From: Candidatus Azophilus sp.
GTDB taxonomy: Bacteria; Pseudomonadota; Gammaproteobacteria; Pseudomonadales; Azotimanducaceae
NCBI GenBank assembly: GCA_965247035.1
Contig: CBDFGJ010000003.1
Coordinates: 1,252,840-1,316,839 of the forward strand
Reading direction: 5' to 3'
DNA: 64,000 nt
Part shown: in pieces, positions 56,801-62,800 of the stretch
Position numbering within the stretch: position 1 is the first letter of the stretch
Layout: each line of letters starts with the position of its first letter
The notes under the pieces: model-generated
What the model was told of the DNA's origin: nothing
What the model saw: only the letters and a program-made list of their open reading frames with translations
Databases searched by the model: none
Made by a program: the position numbers and the translations under genes

Positions 56801-59800
56801 CCATCAACCGTTTTTGACGCTGATCACCGGGCAATCTGAAGCCAACAACCCGCCGGCAATTAGCGGTGGACAAACACACAACTACGCCGAGAACAGCGAT
56901 GCCGTAGTGGCGACCTTCGCCGCCACCGATGCCGAGGGAGATGCCTTCACCTTCGGTTTGACCGGTCTGGATTCGGGTTTATTTGAAATCGGCAACAATG
57001 ATGCCGAGGGCGCCATCAATGATGCCGTGGGTGCTTTGATTTTCAAACGCATGCCGAATTTTGAGGATCCGGCACGCTTTGATTCCGTCACCGAGATCTT
57101 TGACAATACCTATCAGGTAACCATTACTGCCACTGAGGACGACGAACCGACGGTGGTCGGCACCTATTCGGTGGTCATCACGGTCACCGATGTCGACGAG
57201 CCGGGCACAGTTACCATCGCCGGCAGCGGTCAAGCCGGGCAGGAATTGACCGCCACTTTGCAGGACGAGGATACGATTGCAGGCGAAGTGAGTTGGCAAT
57301 GGCATCGCGGCAACCAGCCCGACAATGGCAGGGATAACCCCATCAACAGTGCCACCGCCGCGGCCTACACTCCGACCAGCGACGATCAAGGCCGAATCCT
57401 GCGTGCCAGGGCGAGTTACACCGACACCCATGGTGCTAAGACCGCCTCCGCCGTGACCGAAGCGATAACCATGGAGAACATACTCCTGGCAACCATCGCT
57501 GAGTTGGGCGTATCCACAGTGGGTCTGCCGGCGAGCGTGAGAATTAGTTTCTCGGCAGCGGTTACCGGCTTGGCGACCGGCCACTTCGCCATCACCAACG
57601 CCAGCATCGCATCCCTCGCCGGCAGCAACACCGAGTATGTCCTGATTTACACCCCGGCCGGGCCGGGCAGGGTAACCCTGAGCCTGGCAGCCGATAGTGT
57701 TCAGGATAGTGAGCGTAGAGGAAACGTTGCAGCAACGGCAAGTGGCACGGCAGAGGCGGAAGTAGCGATATCATTGCCGACCATCCCGAGTTTCACCGCC
57801 GCCGTCTCCTTTGACGGCATCACCACCGGTGAGTGGAGTTTTGACGACCAATTCAAAACGGCCATAGCGAGTTTCATCACCGGAGTAACGGCCGCTGATG
57901 TCAAGATACTGGGCCGCAGTGCCACCGCCACTGATCTGGCGGTGAATTTTGAAGTAGTAGCACCCGACCAGGAAAACATTGACGCTCATGTGCAAACATA
58001 CAACGCCGTGGCCACTGCAGTATTCAACCAGACTTTATCTGCAATCGTCGCCGCTGCCGCTGCCACCGGTGTTACCACCACTACCGCCATGCCGGGCGCC
58101 ACGCTGGCAAGCACCGACGCGACCTTGTCCCGCCTGGCGGTTTTCCACAAGGATGGAAGTCAGGCAACCGTGACCCCGGCACTTACCGCCGGCACATTTG
58201 ATTACGCCGTGACCCTGCCGTTTAGTTCGGATACCTTTACCTTCACGGCGCGGGGTGACGGCGACGCAACCATAACCACCCAGGGGCAGACATTTCCCAG
58301 CGGCCAGTCCAGCCCTGATATTGCCGTGCCGGTTGGCGCCACCACCGTGAATTTTCTGGTAACCGCCGAGGACGGCAGCAGCACGCAACCCTACACCCTC
58401 CACGTCACCCGCACCGCGGTGGCAACTGATGCGACCCTGTCCGACTTGATTATTTCGGCAGGCATCTTGTCGCCTGAATTCGATTCTGCCGCCGCCGAGG
58501 GTACGGCTTACGCCATCACCGTGGGGCGTGAGGTGTCAAGCGTCACGGTTACGCCGACCGTGAATAACGCTTTCGCGAGGGTGACTGTGAACAACGTCGC
58601 GGTGATCAGTGGCCAACCCTCAAATGATATTGCCCTGAACCTGGATGCGGAGACCAGCATCACCACCACCGACATCACCATCGTGGTCACCGCCGAGGAC
58701 GGCACCACGAGAAATTATGTGATAACCGTCACCCACATATCGAACTTCCCACCGATGCTTGACGGTAATCCTGCGCGGGATTATCTGGAGACCGATACCG
58801 GCTCTGTGGATTATAAAATAACAGATGAGAATGCCAATGACGAAGACAGAGCCAGTTGGGTAATCAGTGGAGGCATGGATGCGGCTCTCTTCCGCATCAG
58901 GGCTATCTCCACAGACACGGCCAGCGTGACTTTCAAGCGCCAGCCGGACTTTGAAACCCCGCACGATGCAGACCGGGATCAAGTATACGAGGTCACCCTG
59001 ACCGCCACCGATGCCGGCACGCCGCCGTTGAGTGTCACTGTGGAGGCAAGGATAACGGTCACCGATGTGGATGAGGATGGCGCGGTGATTATTGAAGGCA
59101 TCGCGCAGGTCGGCAAGACCCTGGAAGTCATCCTGACCGACCCGGATGCTGTCACCCAGACCAACTCGAATGGCACGGTTGCTGCTGCTGACATCACCCA
59201 TAAATGGCAAAATTCGCCGTCCGACAGCCCCGACTACGCCGACATCAGCGGTGCCACCGAAGCAACCTACACCCTGAAAGAAAGTGATGCCGGCAGGACC
59301 ATTCGGGTCATGCCCACTTATACCGACACGCACGGCTCCAAGACCCTCACCAGCGCGGAGACCAACGCCGTGGCACTCGAAACCGCATCCGCCGCACCGG
59401 GCATCGCCTTGGTGGACACCGGTTTTAGTAACAGCGATGGCATCACCAACAATGGTGTGGTGAATGTGACGCTGGCGAACGATTTTGTTCTCGACAGGGA
59501 CACCTGGCATTACTCCACCGATGGCAGTGCCCCCGACACCGCCGGCACCAACCCCGATTCCGGCACCGCCGCCAGTTTTGATTTGGGCGACGAGGGCTTG
59601 GACTTGGCAGACGGCACCTATCAAATCCGCGTCCGCCAGACCATCGATGGTACCGTGTCTGTTATCGCCTCTTTGCAGATGACGCTGGACCAAACCGCAC
59701 CGACGGTTGTGACCTTTGACGACCCCGCCGAAGGCGTGTTTGGGGTGCCGCAGTTGCTCGACGTCACCTTCTCTGAGCCAGTAACGGGTTTTGCATTTGG

Positions 59801-62800
59801 AGACTTAGCTGGAGCAGGTGCATTCACAGGAGGTAGTGTTACCGACACTAATAGCGACCGCACCACTTACACCCTTAGCCTCATCCCGGCCTTCGTATCC
59901 ATCACCTTAGGCGTCCCTGCCAACGGCGTGGCCGACATCGCCGGCAACACGGGTCCCGCTAGCGTTGCCGAGGTGGCCATCACTGCGCAAGCCGCACCAC
60001 CGGTAGTCGCTCTTCTGGCGGACACCGGCATTGACGGCGATGGCATCACCAGCGATGGAAGGATAGAGGTTACTCTGGATGAGTTTTTTGGTAACCAGGC
60101 TACTAACACCTGGGAATACTCCATCAATGACGGCGCGGATTACACCCCCGTCACCGACACCACCGGCACCAGCGCTCAGTTTGAATTGCCCGAAGGCGTA
60201 TATACCGCCAATCAGGTGCGAGTGCTTCAGGTAGTGAGGGAATCTGAGTCCCTACCTGCCAGTCTCGGCGCAGTTACCATTGACACCACCGCACCGATGG
60301 CGAGACTCGGCAGCATTACCGGTGCTGTGATTGACCAGACGGGGCAGACGCACGACATCACCTTCACCGAGAATGTGACCGATTTGGTTGCGGGTGATTT
60401 CTCCACTTCCACAGGTATCACGGTGACTGCTGTGAGCGGTAGCGGTGCTGCTTATACCATCACCTACACCGCGACTTTGGCATCCTTCACTCTGACCCTT
60501 ACCGCGGCCAGCGTGTCCGACATTGCCGGCAATCCTGTTGCCGAAACCAGCATGACCGGCATTGCGACTGCGGCACCGGCAAACCAGCCGCCGGTGATTA
60601 CCTTCGACCGGTTTGACGACACCGGTGGTGTAGACTTCATGGGCGTTGCGATCTATTTGAATGAAGGCGACACCCTCACGGTGTTCGTGAACTCCGACAA
60701 ACCGCTTGCCGCTACGTCGCTTGTGGGTGCTGCCTTGTTTGGCTTTGACGGATCAGTACGCCTTGCGCAAAATCTGCTGCGGGTAGCCGGCACCACCGAC
60801 CCATATCAATATTCGGCGACCTATACCATCACAACTGCTGATCACGATGCAGGGGTAGAATTTAATGTTCGCGGTGTTACGGACACTGCCGACCCCGCGA
60901 ACCCGGCACCTGATTTCGAACACTCTCTCAGAACAGTGAATATCGACACCGAGGCACCGGACATCGACCTGGTCGGCATTGCTGCAGTTACCGTCCCCCA
61001 CGACGGCACATACACCGATGATGGCGTGAGTGGAGAGGGGCGTGAGGATACTCTGGAGACGACTATTACCGGACCCGACGGTTCGGCAGTGAACGTAGTG
61101 GACCCCACCGCGGAAGGCGACTACCTCATCACCTACACCGCGACCGACCGCGCCGGCAATGTCGCCACGGAGACCCGCACCGTGACCGTGAGCGAGCCGG
61201 TGGCCGCGACCAACACCGCGCCGGTAGTCAGTGGCGAGGCAGCACCGGATTATGCCGAGAACACCCCCGTCACCACGCCAGTGGCGACCTACACCGCGAC
61301 CGATGCCGAGAGCAACGCCGTTGAATGGTCAGTCGGTGGCACGGGTGCGGGAGACCTCACGATTGATTCCGCAAGCGGCGTCTTGACATTCAAAAACCCG
61401 CCGAATTTTGAAGCCCCGAGCGATGCCAACGCCGACCGTGTTTATGACATCATCATTACCGCCACGGAAACCGATGGTAACCCAAGCAACCTGGTAAGCG
61501 AACCACTTGCGGTAACGGTAACGGTTACCAATGTGGAAGAGGGCGTCGGCACGGTCAGCATCAGCGGCACCCCCCAGGTTGGCATGGCATTGACCGCCGA
61601 CACAGTAGCCGGTGACCCGGATGGCTTTGTTTCGGTTGATAGTCGCCAATGGCAGAGCGTGGACGGTGCCACCATCACCGACGTCGGCACCGATGTGACC
61701 TACACGCCGCTTGCGGCGGATGTCGGCAAGACCATTCAAGTAGTCGTTACTTACACCGATGGTTTTGGTGGCGGCAATACCGTCACCAGCGCGCGCACCC
61801 TGGCCGTGGTTGCCGCCGACGCACCCGCGGCACCGACTATCGCCCTGGCTGCGGACACCGGTTCTGATACCAGCGATGGCATCACCAGCAATGGCCAGGT
61901 GAATGTGACTCTGGCGGAAGGTTTTGATAGCACCACGGACACCTGGCAGTACTCCACCGATGGCAGTGTCCCCGTCACCGCCGGCACCAACCCCGGCACC
62001 GGCACCGCCGCCAGTTTTGATTTGGGCGAAGCGGGCTTGGGCTTGGACGACGGCACCTATCAATTACGCGTCCACCAGACCATTGATGATACCGTGTCTG
62101 CTGTCGCCTCTTTGGCAGTAACGCTGGACACCACCGCACCGATGGTGGACTTCAACATCAACAACCTTGCCGATGGTGTGGTTAACGTCTTGCAGAACCA
62201 CGACATCACCTTCTCCGAGGCGGTAACCGATTTGGCAACGGATGATATTTCCGGTTCCTTGGATGCCGCAGTGGCGCTCGTGAGCGGTAGCGGTAGTACG
62301 TACACCATCTCCATCACTCCGGACGACACACAGTACACCCTAATCCTTGCCGCCAACGCAGTAACCGACCTCGCCGGTAACGCCAATGCCGAGGTGAGGG
62401 TATCCGTAGACGGCAAAGTAAACCGACTGCCGGTTGCCGAAGCGGGGGACAATCAACCTGATGCGGTTACCGGCACGCAAGTAACGCTGGACGGCTCTGG
62501 CAGCACCGACGCCGATAGCGGTGATGATCTGGCATACTCCTGGGCGCATACCTCGACCGATGGCAACCCGCCGGGTACTCCTGTGGCGATTACCGAGGAC
62601 GGCACCGCTGCTGACGACCCCGCCACCCCGACCGCGGTCTTCACGCCCACGGCGGAGGGGGCTTATACCTTCACCCTGACCGTTACCGATAAATTCTCAA
62701 CCCCGGCAAGCGACACCGCCACGGTAGTCATCACCGTAACGCCAGCCGCACCTGCAACTCCCGCACCTGTTCTCGGAGCAGTCACTGATACCAGTATAGT

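Noticed and set aside
38930-58740. Diversity-generating retroelement (template/variable repeat) as an explanation for the near-identical repeat blocks
   Set aside because: Differences between the copies are not adenine-specific; A>G, C>T, G>A and C>A changes are all seen. No reverse transcriptase gene is present in the window.
30157-62063. Long antisense ORFs inside the adhesin genes (30157..30999, 32887..33888, 34126..35610, 35776..37527, 39255..40541, 44664..45797, 58620..59693, 61329..62063)
   Set aside because: They are opposite coherent multi-domain plus-strand coding sequence. The translations are Gly/Arg/Asp/His-rich, and their periodicity simply mirrors the sense-strand repeats.
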